A stretch of 63,049 nt of DNA, taken from positions 1-63,049 of IMG/VR virus record IMGVR_UViG_3300027782_000082. One strand, given 5' to 3'. Of this stretch, positions 55,538 through 63,049 are shown piece by piece; the first letter of the stretch is position 1; the number at the start of each line of letters is the position of its first letter. Below the pieces are notes generated by a model. The model saw only the letters and a list, made by a program, of their open reading frames with translations, searched no databases and had not been told where the DNA came from. This stretch comes from a virus (Duplodnaviria; Caudoviricetes). The position numbers and the translations under genes were made by a program.

Positions 55538-57313
55538 ATGCTGACAATTAAAAATCTCACGGTAAAGAACTTCCTGTCTGTTGGTAATGTTACCCAAGCG
55601 GTAAACCTTGACCAACATGGCCTCACCTTGGTCATTGGTCTTAACATGGACATGGGTGGCGAAGGCGCACGTAACGGTGTGGGTAAGACCACTATCGTCA
55701 ATGCACTCAGCTATGCATTGTATGGCAATGCACTCAGCAACATCCGTAAGGACAATCTTATCAACAAGACCAATGATAAGAACATGTTGGTCACAGTGGA
55801 GTTTGAAAAGAATGGCCACAACTATCGTATTGAACGTGGCCGCAAGCCCAACATATTTCGTTTCGCAGTTGATGATGACGAAGTAAACGAAGCCGGCACC
55901 AACGAAGGACAGGGCGAAAACAAACTTACCCAGGAAGCAGTAGAACGCATCCTGGGCATGAGCCACGAGATGTTCAAACATATCCTGGCACTGAATACCT
56001 ACAATGAACCTTTCCTAAGCATGAAGAACAATGATCAGAAAGAGATCATTGAAGAGCTACTGGGTATCACACTACTCAGTGAAAAAGCAGAGCTTCTTAA
56101 AGAAGCAATGAAAAACACACGCGATGGTATCAAGGAAGAAGAATTCCGTATCAGGGCTTTGCAAGAAACCAATGCCAAGATACAGAGTTCTATTGAGGAC
56201 ATTGAACGTCGTAGTCGCATCTGGGTCAAGAAGAAAGATGATGACATGGTCAAGTTGGTTGCTTCAATCAACGAACTTGAAACCATTGACATTAACCAAG
56301 AGCTTGCAAACCATTCAGCACTGACTGCATGGAAAGAAAAAGAACAAAAGATCAAGCGTTATACCAAGGACCTGGCAAATGCACAGGCAGCAGTAAAGCG
56401 ACTGAGTGGACAGTTGGTAGAGTTGACCGGTGCATGTGACAAAGCAAAAGATCACAAGTGCCATGCTTGTGGACAGGGCTTGCATGATGACCAACAGTCA
56501 TCCATGATATCTGAGCTGGAATCTGCTATGATGAGTGTGGCAGACGATCTAGAGCGCGAGCATGCACTAGAGCAAGAGGCCAAAGCAAAAATTGAAGAAT
56601 CTGGCAGTTTGGGTACAGCACCACGTGTTCGGTATACCGACATAAATGATGCTGTGAACCACAAGAGTAGCTTGGAAAATCTAAAGTCGCAGTTGGTACA
56701 GCGTGATGCAGATAAGGATCCATATCAGGATCAAATTGAAACATTGCGCAACAAAGCACTAGCGGAAGTTGACTGGAACCCAATAAACACTCTTAACAAG
56801 AAGCTTGAACATCAAGAGTTCTTGTATAAGTTGCTCACTAACAAGGACTCATTTGTGCGACGTCGCATCATTGAGCAGAACTTGAGCTATTTGAATCACA
56901 GGTTGAATCACTATCTTACATTGCTACAGCTACCACATGAAGTCAATTTCCAAAGCGACCTTACTGTTGGTATCAAGATGCTGGGACAAGAATTTGACTT
57001 TGACAATCTCAGCCGTGGCGAACGCAACAGGCTCATCTTAGGATTGAGCTGGAGTTTCCGAGACGTGTTTGAGAGTTTGAATTTTCCTTGTAATTTGCTG
57101 TTCATTGACGAGCTTGTAGATTCAGGTATGGATCCAGTAGGTGTAGACGCCGCACTGGCCGTGCTCAAGAAGTTCAGCAGAGAATCAAAGAAGAATGTTT
57201 TCTTGATATCTCATAGAGATGAATTGATAACACGTGTAAACAACAGTTTGCAAGTTGTCAAAGAAAACGGATTTACCACGTTCTCGACGGATGTGGATAT
57301 GATGGAGGCATGA
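55538..57313 (+). CDS. Rad50/SbcC-like ATPase (T4 gp46-like)
   Basis: KNFLS.G, NGVGKT, CHAC zinc hook, LSRGE, LFIDE and ISH. Start moved to ATG 55538. Confidence 0.92.
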   Translation: MLTIKNLTVKNFLSVGNVTQAVNLDQHGLTLVIGLNMDMGGEGARNGVGKTTIVNALSYALYGNALSNIRKDNLINKTNDKNMLVTVEFEKNGHNYRIERGRKPNIFRFAVDDDEVNEAGTNEGQGENKLTQEAVERILGMSHEMFKHILALNTYNEPFLSMKNNDQKEIIEELLGITLLSEKAELLKEAMKNTRDGIKEEEFRIRALQETNAKIQSSIEDIERRSRIWVKKKDDDMVKLVASINELETIDINQELANHSALTAWKEKEQKIKRYTKDLANAQAAVKRLSGQLVELTGACDKAKDHKCHACGQGLHDDQQSSMISELESAMMSVADDLEREHALEQEAKAKIEESGSLGTAPRVRYTDINDAVNHKSSLENLKSQLVQRDADKDPYQDQIETLRNKALAEVDWNPINTLNKKLEHQEFLYKLLTNKDSFVRRRIIEQNLSYLNHRLNHYLTLLQLPHEVNFQSDLTVGIKMLGQEFDFDNLSRGERNRLILGLSWSFRDVFESLNFPCNLLFIDELVDSGMDPVGVDAALAVLKKFSRESKKNVFLISHRDELITRVNNSLQVVKENGFTTFSTDVDMMEA

Positions 57314-57522
57314 AAATGACCGAACAAACAAAAAGCAATCACGACATTATTGCAGAAGCATTTCAAACGTATCTTGATGAGAACGCAAAGTTCACTGGCA
57401 AAGGCGTCAAGGCGGCTGCAAGTCGCGCACGTAAGGCACTAGGTGACATTCGCAAGGCAGCTGGTGAGCGCCGTAAAGAAATCATGGTAGAGAAAACTGC
57501 TATGACCGAGAAGAAGGCCTGA
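57310..57522 (+). CDS. Small basic Hc1/histone-H1-like protein
   Basis: KF..KGVKAAASRARKAL..I.K....RRKEI. Confidence 0.65.
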   Translation: MKMTEQTKSNHDIIAEAFQTYLDENAKFTGKGVKAAASRARKALGDIRKAAGERRKEIMVEKTAMTEKKA

Positions 57523-57554
57523 TAAACAGGTTCATAGCATAAATCAAAGTACAC

Positions 57555-58073
57555 ATGGCGTCGAAAAGCAAAAACAAAGGTAAGTCCTGGGAAAGAGATG
57601 TTGCAAATTTCTTGTCCGAACTGTATGGAGCGTCGTTCATACGTGTTCCATCTAGCGGTGCATACGTGGGCGGCAAAAATGCTGTTCGCAAAGAGTTCTT
57701 GCACGAAGGACAGATACGCTCAATGAAGGGCGACATCACTCCACCAGGTGAATGGAAGCACCTCAACATAGAATGCAAAAGCTATGCTGAGTTTCCATTC
57801 CACCAGCTTTTCACGTCAGGTAAGATAACACTCTTAGACAACTGGATAGATCAGACCATTGAAGCTGCCGATGAAAACGACCTTAACATCGTTATCATGA
57901 AGTTCAACAGAAAAGGCAGCTTCATTGCGTTTGAGTACAAGCACTTTCCTACATTTACAACACATAGGCATGTCCGTTACGACAGCGTAAAACACGGACC
58001 ATGGGCATTTACAGGCTTTGACGACTTTTGGCAATTGAACAAAGACGCAGTTAAAACCCTTTCTATCCCTTAA
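57555..58073 (+). CDS. PD-(D/E)xK nuclease, Holliday-junction-resolvase-like
   Basis: KGKSWER.VA, R.P.SGA, GDI and IECK. Confidence 0.8.
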   Translation: MASKSKNKGKSWERDVANFLSELYGASFIRVPSSGAYVGGKNAVRKEFLHEGQIRSMKGDITPPGEWKHLNIECKSYAEFPFHQLFTSGKITLLDNWIDQTIEAADENDLNIVIMKFNRKGSFIAFEYKHFPTFTTHRHVRYDSVKHGPWAFTGFDDFWQLNKDAVKTLSIP

Positions 58074-58077
58074 AACT

Positions 58078-58630
58078 CCCCACAGGCTCATCTCTACCGA
58101 TAGGCTGCGCAACGGCCGCATAACTAGTTGCCCTAGACCTGGACACACGTATCGCAGGGACGGAAATTGTGCGCGGTAGCACAGACTCAGCACCACTATC
58201 CTTTACAGGACGTAAGTCAAACGGTATGAAACTGGCTTGGTGTGAGAATAGCAAAACCGAAATGAGCAAGCTCTATTGACAATTATAACTTGCGTGATCC
58301 CAGGACGATTCTATCGGGTGTCTTGGGTTAGTCAGCGTCATTAAAAGAAGATAGACGTAAAAAGGTACAGCATGACCGCCTTTGCCCTCTGGGTTGTTTC
58401 TGATAGATGTGGTATGGTACTCTGGAGAAAGTCCTTAGTCCAGCTTTTCACTTTGCCCTTAACAGGGCGAAGTGTGGCTGGAACCTCAGAGAAAATATCA
58501 TCTTGTTTCACTAGTAAACAAAATAACTTAGAATCTAAAAAGTAAAAATGATTCATGAACATATCACGAGCGATAGCGATGTGAATGTGAAATGAAGGCT
58601 GCGACAGCAGCCAGGTGTTAGAGGATACTT
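58078..58630 (+). ncRNA. Candidate large structured non-coding RNA (boundaries approximate)
   Basis: About 580-nt gap between convergent genes containing at least ten stems, with G-U pairs favouring the + strand. Confidence 0.6.
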
Positions 58631-58652
58631 GAAATATAAGGCAAGTTCTGAC

Positions 58653-58859
58653 TTACATCATCTGTTGTGTTTTTGTCTTAACACCAGCTAGCTTCATGTC
58701 TAGTTCGACTTTGTCCTTGACTACTTCTGCTAGGACTTGCCTTTCTTCCAGGCTCATATTGATCACTTCGTTGTAGCTTAGGCCACTATAAACCGCTAGC
58801 TGTTGCACGTCTTTGATCAGGCCCCTGGCTTCAATTCTATACTCATCAACGTATTTCAT
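58653..58859 (-). CDS. gp51-like / tail-assembly chaperone C-terminal part, probably reached by -1 frameshift
   Basis: GLSYNE..NMS.EER pattern; frame stays open upstream to the slippery site. Confidence 0.75.
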   Translation of the reverse strand: MKYVDEYRIEARGLIKDVQQLAVYSGLSYNEVINMSLEERQVLAEVVKDKVELDMKLAGVKTKTQQMM

Positions 58860-58861
58860 TA

Positions 58862-58904
58862 CCTGAGCGTTGTCTGTGGTGCTCAGGAGCCTTGAGCGAA
58901 AAAA
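58862..58904 (-). promoter_or_regulatory. Programmed -1 ribosomal frameshift signal
   Basis: T-TTT-TTC at 58904-58898; CCTGAGC/GCTCAGG hairpin 10 nt downstream. Confidence 0.7.
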
Positions 58905-59731
58905 CTTACTGGGTCCAGGGTAAAGTCAACTTCAAACCTACGACCACATCCTTCTTGTCCACAGATGACTTCTACACGAGTTTCAGCACCGCTCTGATTG
59001 ACTTCTCTTATCTTGTTTTCAATCTTCTTGAATTCACCGGTTTCAAGTTGTGATAGCCATTCGCTAATAGCTCCACGGTCGGTAATTTCTTGACCGTCAG
59101 GAGTAACAACTGCATCAATAACTTTTGATATGATTTCTTGTGCAAGTTCAATGTTACGACCAGTTACTTCATTACTGACACGTAACTTCAATCCTTCGTC
59201 TTCTGAATCCATGACTGCCTGTAGCTTGCGAACATTTTCAAATTGCACCATACCCAGTTTGTTTTGATCTGAAAGAGTGCTAGGACTTAACCGTATAGTA
59301 AGTTCATTGCTCAGTACTACTTCGTTTACTGGAGCAATACCCTTGATTTTTATCAAGAGATTATCTACGCTAATACCGTATGTGCCTGACCAATCACCGC
59401 ATGGACATGTGGTGCTGATATCCATCTTTTCTCCGTATGTGGCCTTGCGTATGGCAAGCAATATAGCGTCTACGTCTGGGTTTGGCATTTCGCTTGGGTT
59501 AGAAATGTCTGGAACACAGCTCTTTATCAACTGTATGATAGCATCGCCATTGAGCAATGAGTCAGCATTTTTAACCAGCAGTTCATCTTTTGCAGTCATT
59601 GGAAATACTGCAATTTCTCCGTCAACTGTTACCTTGGGCGGTGTCTTGTAAAACTTTCCTCCGCTGGGTAATGTTACATTGAGTCCTGGCTTTCTAAAAT
59701 ACTGGCCTAACGGGTTGTTAGCTTGTGTCAT
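58883..59731 (-). CDS. Baseplate hub assembly protein (T4 gp26-like) / tail assembly chaperone
   Basis: LPSGG.FY, PMTAKDE, D.DAILLAIR..TYG, CPC and C....C. Confidence 0.82.
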   Translation of the reverse strand: MTQANNPLGQYFRKPGLNVTLPSGGKFYKTPPKVTVDGEIAVFPMTAKDELLVKNADSLLNGDAIIQLIKSCVPDISNPSEMPNPDVDAILLAIRKATYGEKMDISTTCPCGDWSGTYGISVDNLLIKIKGIAPVNEVVLSNELTIRLSPSTLSDQNKLGMVQFENVRKLQAVMDSEDEGLKLRVSNEVTGRNIELAQEIISKVIDAVVTPDGQEITDRGAISEWLSQLETGEFKKIENKIREVNQSGAETRVEVICGQEGCGRRFEVDFTLDPVSFFAQGS

Positions 59732-59842
59732 GTGTTGATCCTCCGATTACTTTTATTTAGCTGGGTTATAATGGGGGTATTTACTCGTTCAAACACCACT
59801 TTTTCAAACCGGTAAATAAACGATAACATTGGATGACTCTAC

Positions 59843-62800
59843 ATGGCATTACCACCAGATCCGGATCAACTCACTAACAAAATTGCCAACTGGCCAAAAT
59901 GGGCCACGGAAGAATCTATCAACAGTCTTTCGGCTGCAATGGGCCGAAACAACGGTTCTCTGTTGGCTGCGGTAAAGAAGACCAATGAACTTTTAGCAAA
60001 GCAACAATCATCTGCTTCAAAAGATCAAACCGCACAGAAAGCAGTGATTGGATCTCTAGACAAGAGTGTGAAAGTACAGCAAAGCAATGCCAATGCAATA
60101 AAGTCACTGAGTGCTGGACTTAGCAGTATTGCCAAAGGACAGGCCGCAGTAGTTGCCGCTATAAAACAGCAAAACAATGCCAGTGCTATCAAATCGCTGA
60201 ATCCTGGTATCAGTAGCCTTGCCAAGGGACAAGCCGCAGTAGTCGCGGCTGTGCGCCGCTTAGAATCCAAGAATAAGACATCCGGTGCTAAAGTAACTCC
60301 TGTTACAGGCGTAAGTGCGGCATCTATATCACTAGGAAATCGCACACTGACTCGTGCAGTTGAGGTAGGTTTTAGGTCGTTATCACAGCAACAGTCACGT
60401 TCCAATGCACTACTGAAATCTATCAATAATAACACATCTGGTGGTTTAAGAGGGTCTGTTGATACCAACATCAATCGCAGAGCTGGGCAAACACAACAGC
60501 AAAATACCACTAACCGCAGAACACGCAATGCTAATAATGCAAATCAAGCTGAAAATCTTGATGATATGGTTGGAGGCAACAGATTTAGATTTAGCAAAAG
60601 ACGTTACGAGTTTGCTGACAGGAAAAATCCTAGATTTGATTCGGCTACAAATAGAGCCACTGCTTCTATTCGTAGTGTTAGAGATGATCTGAAAAAAATG
60701 ACCCCGGCACAGCGCAAAGAAGCCGCACGTATCATTGCCGAAGATATCAAAGCTACATTTGGTGCCGCTGCAAAGAAACCTCTACAGGAATTCCAAGCAA
60801 AAGTAACTGCCGCCGCCGGAGATGCTGACAAGTTAAACAAGGCTTTCAAAGAACTAAAACAACGCATAGAATCTGAAGAAGTCCAATCTAAAGGCCGCCC
60901 AGGTGAATCAAATTCAGGCACTTATAGACGCACAATGGGCCTTGATCCTAACGCAAGCAAATATAAAGAAGCTGCCGGGAAAGCCAAATCTGGAGATGCA
61001 ATAGGTAGTGTACTAAGTCTATTTGGTGGTTTGCTTGAATCTGCTGGCGGACTGTTAATACGCACATTTGGCATGAGACTTGCTCCAGTAATAGCTGCCA
61101 CAGCCGCAATGTTTAGTGTACTAGTTGGTGTTACTGAGCAACTGATCAAAATTTGGAAGATGGGTGCTGAGTCAACAACACGAGCACTCATGCAAGGTCT
61201 TGACGGCCTAACCAATTCCGCAGTTAGCTATGCCATTGCCGCAAAAACTGCTGGACTAACAATAGAACAGTTTGAAAAAGCTCTAAGAAGCGCCGGCGGC
61301 ATGGCAAATCTTCTTGATGACAATGTCAGGAACACCGGACAGGCATTTGCCGACGGAATCAAGGCTTTCCGAGAAGCCGCCAGCAGAGCAAATTATTTTG
61401 GACAGAGCTTTGAAGAACTAAACAGATCATTTGGACGTTCAATACAGATGGTAGCACTGGCTGGCCTTAAAGGCAGCGATGCTGTCACTACGGCAACACA
61501 AATGGCACTAGGTGAAGCTGATACGGTAAGACGTCTTGCTATTTCTACAGGTAAGACTGTAGAAGAAATCAACACTAGATTTGATGACCTTGCCAGGAAC
61601 GATTATTTCCGACTAAGCACAAGTAGATTATTAGCACGTGGCGAACAAGCCGCGGCTATGCAAGTTAATAATCTTGCCAAAGCATTTGTTGCGGCTAGTG
61701 ATGAATTTGGCAAAGGCATGGCTGAAGACATGTCATTGGCTGCTATTGCAGGAGTTGATCCATCCATGCTTGGTGGACCGTATCAACAGATGATGTTGAT
61801 GTTCCCAGAACTTGAGAAAGCAATCAGAGACGGACAACGAGCCGGTATGACACCGGAACAGCTTAATCAAGTGATGGCTCAGCAAGCACAGATGATCATG
61901 CGCGATCCAAGATACACAGGTCAGATCAGCATGATGGCAATGGACAAAGACATGCGTCCACAGCTGAGATTCTTGCAACAACTTGCTTCATCAAGGACAG
62001 ACTTAGCACAACCAGGTGGTCCTACAACAGAAGGAGCCAGGGCCGCAGCCACACAGCAAGACCTTGATGCGTCACTGCAGAGATTGCAAGGATCTATACT
62101 ACAAGCAGTTGAACCATTGATGGGTACAATTACTAATATGGTAAAAGCCCTTACTGGTTTAATTGAAGGGTTCAACAGTTTAAGTAACGCTACTAAAACT
62201 CTTATAATAGCATTTGGTGTTATTGCGGCAACACTTGGTGCTGGAATATTGACCGGAAAAGGATTTTCTCGCGCCATGGGCGGCGGGCGAAGCGGCCCGA
62301 CACCACCGCCTGGTGGTGCAGGCGGTGCAACTCCTTCGGGTAGCGGACCTAGAGGTGGAGGAACGCCGCCAGGCGGTGCAGGTGGTGCAGGCGGAGCCGC
62401 AGGCGCAGCCGAAGGAGCAGCTAGCGGCGGCTGGAGAGAAGCACTTAAGAAAGGTGCAGGCCGTCTTGGAAGAATTGGTAAAGCTGGTGCACTTGGGTTA
62501 TCAGCATTGCTTGGTGGACTACTAGGAGGGTCAACACCTGCTGAAGGAGGAACCCCACCACCTGCTGAAGGTACTCCACGACCACCGGCCACCGGTACTC
62601 CACGACCTGCAGATCCAAGGTTTAATACAGATCCAATGGGCAATCCAATTCCTAAGGAAATTGAAGCCAAACCTGCGGAAGTAAAACCAATTGAAGTCAA
62701 GCCAGGTACTGCTGAAGTCAAGCCAATTGAAGCCAAACCTGCGGAAGTAAAACCAATTGAAGTCAAGCCAGGTACTGCTGAAGTCAAGCCAATTGAAGCC

Positions 62801-63049
62801 AAGCCTGCGGAAGTAAAACCAATTGAAGTCAAGCCAGGTACTGCTGAAGTCAAACCAATTGAAGCCAAGCCTGCGGAAGTAAAACCAATTGAAGTCAAGC
62901 CAGGTACGGCTGAAGTCAAACCAATTGAAGTTAAACCAGTTACTGGAGAAGTCAAACCAATTGAAGTCAAACCAATTGAAGTGAACCCAGTTGACGTAAA
63001 ACCAATTGAAGTGAACCCAGTTGACGTAAAACCAGCAGAAGCTAAACCA
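59843..63049 (+). CDS. Tape-measure-like protein, 3'-truncated (missing from the ORF track)
   Basis: ATG 59843 (MALPPDPDQ...) after TAAATA 59813. No stop to the window end (about 1069 codons). Ala-rich helical sequence with hydrophobic segments. Confidence 0.85.
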   Translation, partial: MALPPDPDQLTNKIANWPKWATEESINSLSAAMGRNNGSLLAAVKKTNELLAKQQSSASKDQTAQKAVIGSLDKSVKVQQSNANAIKSLSAGLSSIAKGQAAVVAAIKQQNNASAIKSLNPGISSLAKGQAAVVAAVRRLESKNKTSGAKVTPVTGVSAASISLGNRTLTRAVEVGFRSLSQQQSRSNALLKSINNNTSGGLRGSVDTNINRRAGQTQQQNTTNRRTRNANNANQAENLDDMVGGNRFRFSKRRYEFADRKNPRFDSATNRATASIRSVRDDLKKMTPAQRKEAARIIAEDIKATFGAAAKKPLQEFQAKVTAAAGDADKLNKAFKELKQRIESEEVQSKGRPGESNSGTYRRTMGLDPNASKYKEAAGKAKSGDAIGSVLSLFGGLLESAGGLLIRTFGMRLAPVIAATAAMFSVLVGVTEQLIKIWKMGAESTTRALMQGLDGLTNSAVSYAIAAKTAGLTIEQFEKALRSAGGMANLLDDNVRNTGQAFADGIKAFREAASRANYFGQSFEELNRSFGRSIQMVALAGLKGSDAVTTATQMALGEADTVRRLAISTGKTVEEINTRFDDLARNDYFRLSTSRLLARGEQAAAMQVNNLAKAFVAASDEFGKGMAEDMSLAAIAGVDPSMLGGPYQQMMLMFPELEKAIRDGQRAGMTPEQLNQVMAQQAQMIMRDPRYTGQISMMAMDKDMRPQLRFLQQLASSRTDLAQPGGPTTEGARAAATQQDLDASLQRLQGSILQAVEPLMGTITNMVKALTGLIEGFNSLSNATKTLIIAFGVIAATLGAGILTGKGFSRAMGGGRSGPTPPPGGAGGATPSGSGPRGGGTPPGGAGGAGGAAGAAEGAASGGWREALKKGAGRLGRIGKAGALGLSALLGGLLGGSTPAEGGTPPPAEGTPRPPATGTPRPADPRFNTDPMGNPIPKEIEAKPAEVKPIEVKPGTAEVKPIEAKPAEVKPIEVKPGTAEVKPIEAKPAEVKPIEVKPGTAEVKPIEAKPAEVKPIEVKPGTAEVKPIEVKPVTGEVKPIEVKPIEVNPVDVKPIEVNPVDVKPAEAKP
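60086..60253 (+). repeat. 90-bp (30-aa) internal duplication in the tape measure
   Basis: NANAIKSLSAGLSSIAKGQAAVVAAI / NASAIKSLNPGISSLAKGQAAVVAAV. Confidence 0.85.
62663..63049 (+). repeat. Coding tandem repeat: four 66-bp units (EAKPAEVKPIEVKPGTAEVKPI), then degenerate 15-bp EVKPI units
   Basis: Units start at 62663, 62729, 62795 and 62861; the repeat continues past the window end. Confidence 0.95.

Noticed and set aside
58424-58434. GGAGAAAGTCC resembling the RNase P RNA GAGGAAAGUCC motif
   Set aside because: The match is imperfect, it lies in the 3' half of the region, and no matching 3' P4 strand was seen.
58078-58630. Group I/II intron, tmRNA or tRNA interpretation of the gap
   Set aside because: The flanking genes are convergent and intact. 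No recognisable P7, domain V, tag ORF or T-loop/CCA pattern was seen by eye; cmscan is still needed.
62663-62926. Regular repeats as a possible CRISPR array
   Set aside because: The units are contiguous, in-frame 66-mers with no unique spacers, and no cas genes are visible.
61921-62970. 349-aa minus-strand ORF with repeats
   Set aside because: It is the antisense shadow of the repetitive tape-measure gene, which is open on the + strand from 59843.
1-63049. Stop-codon reassignment as in some large phages
   Set aside because: Long conserved genes are intact under code 11, and TAA, TGA and TAG all terminate well-packed genes.

Overview
A 63 kb slice of a large lytic myovirus genome with T4-like (jumbo-type) organisation, read in the standard genetic code. 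Left (1-11.2 kb): RNase H-like 5' nuclease, two probable capsid-packaged multidomain proteins (GNAT plus RelA/SpoT-type HD hydrolase; gp88-like Cys-motif protein), a micro-ORF/structured-RNA/ArfA-like locus, a MoxR AAA-VWA pair and thyX. Middle (11.1-27.9 kb): an unusually complete island of about 25 tailoring genes (ACP, hotdog thioesterase, two membrane di-iron desaturase/hydroxylases, five Fe(II)/2OG-type oxygenases, two PP-loop AsnB-like ligases, GNATs, SDR, methyltransferase, four GT-A glycosyltransferases). It carries late-type TAAATA promoters and lies directly downstream of tail-fibre genes, one with a (G-G/C-Y)9 repeat. Right (28-63 kb): baseplate/tail genes (3413-aa wedge-type protein, gp6-, gp25-, gp5/lysozyme-, gp27-, gp53-like), HNH, ATP-dependent ligase, gp55-like late sigma factor, MazG, gp47/gp46, resolvase, a ~550-nt hairpin-dense non-coding region, a gp26/gp51-like pair joined by a probable -1 frameshift, and a tape-measure gene missed by the ORF track that runs off the window. 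All assignments come from reading motifs by eye; no database search or folding program was run.
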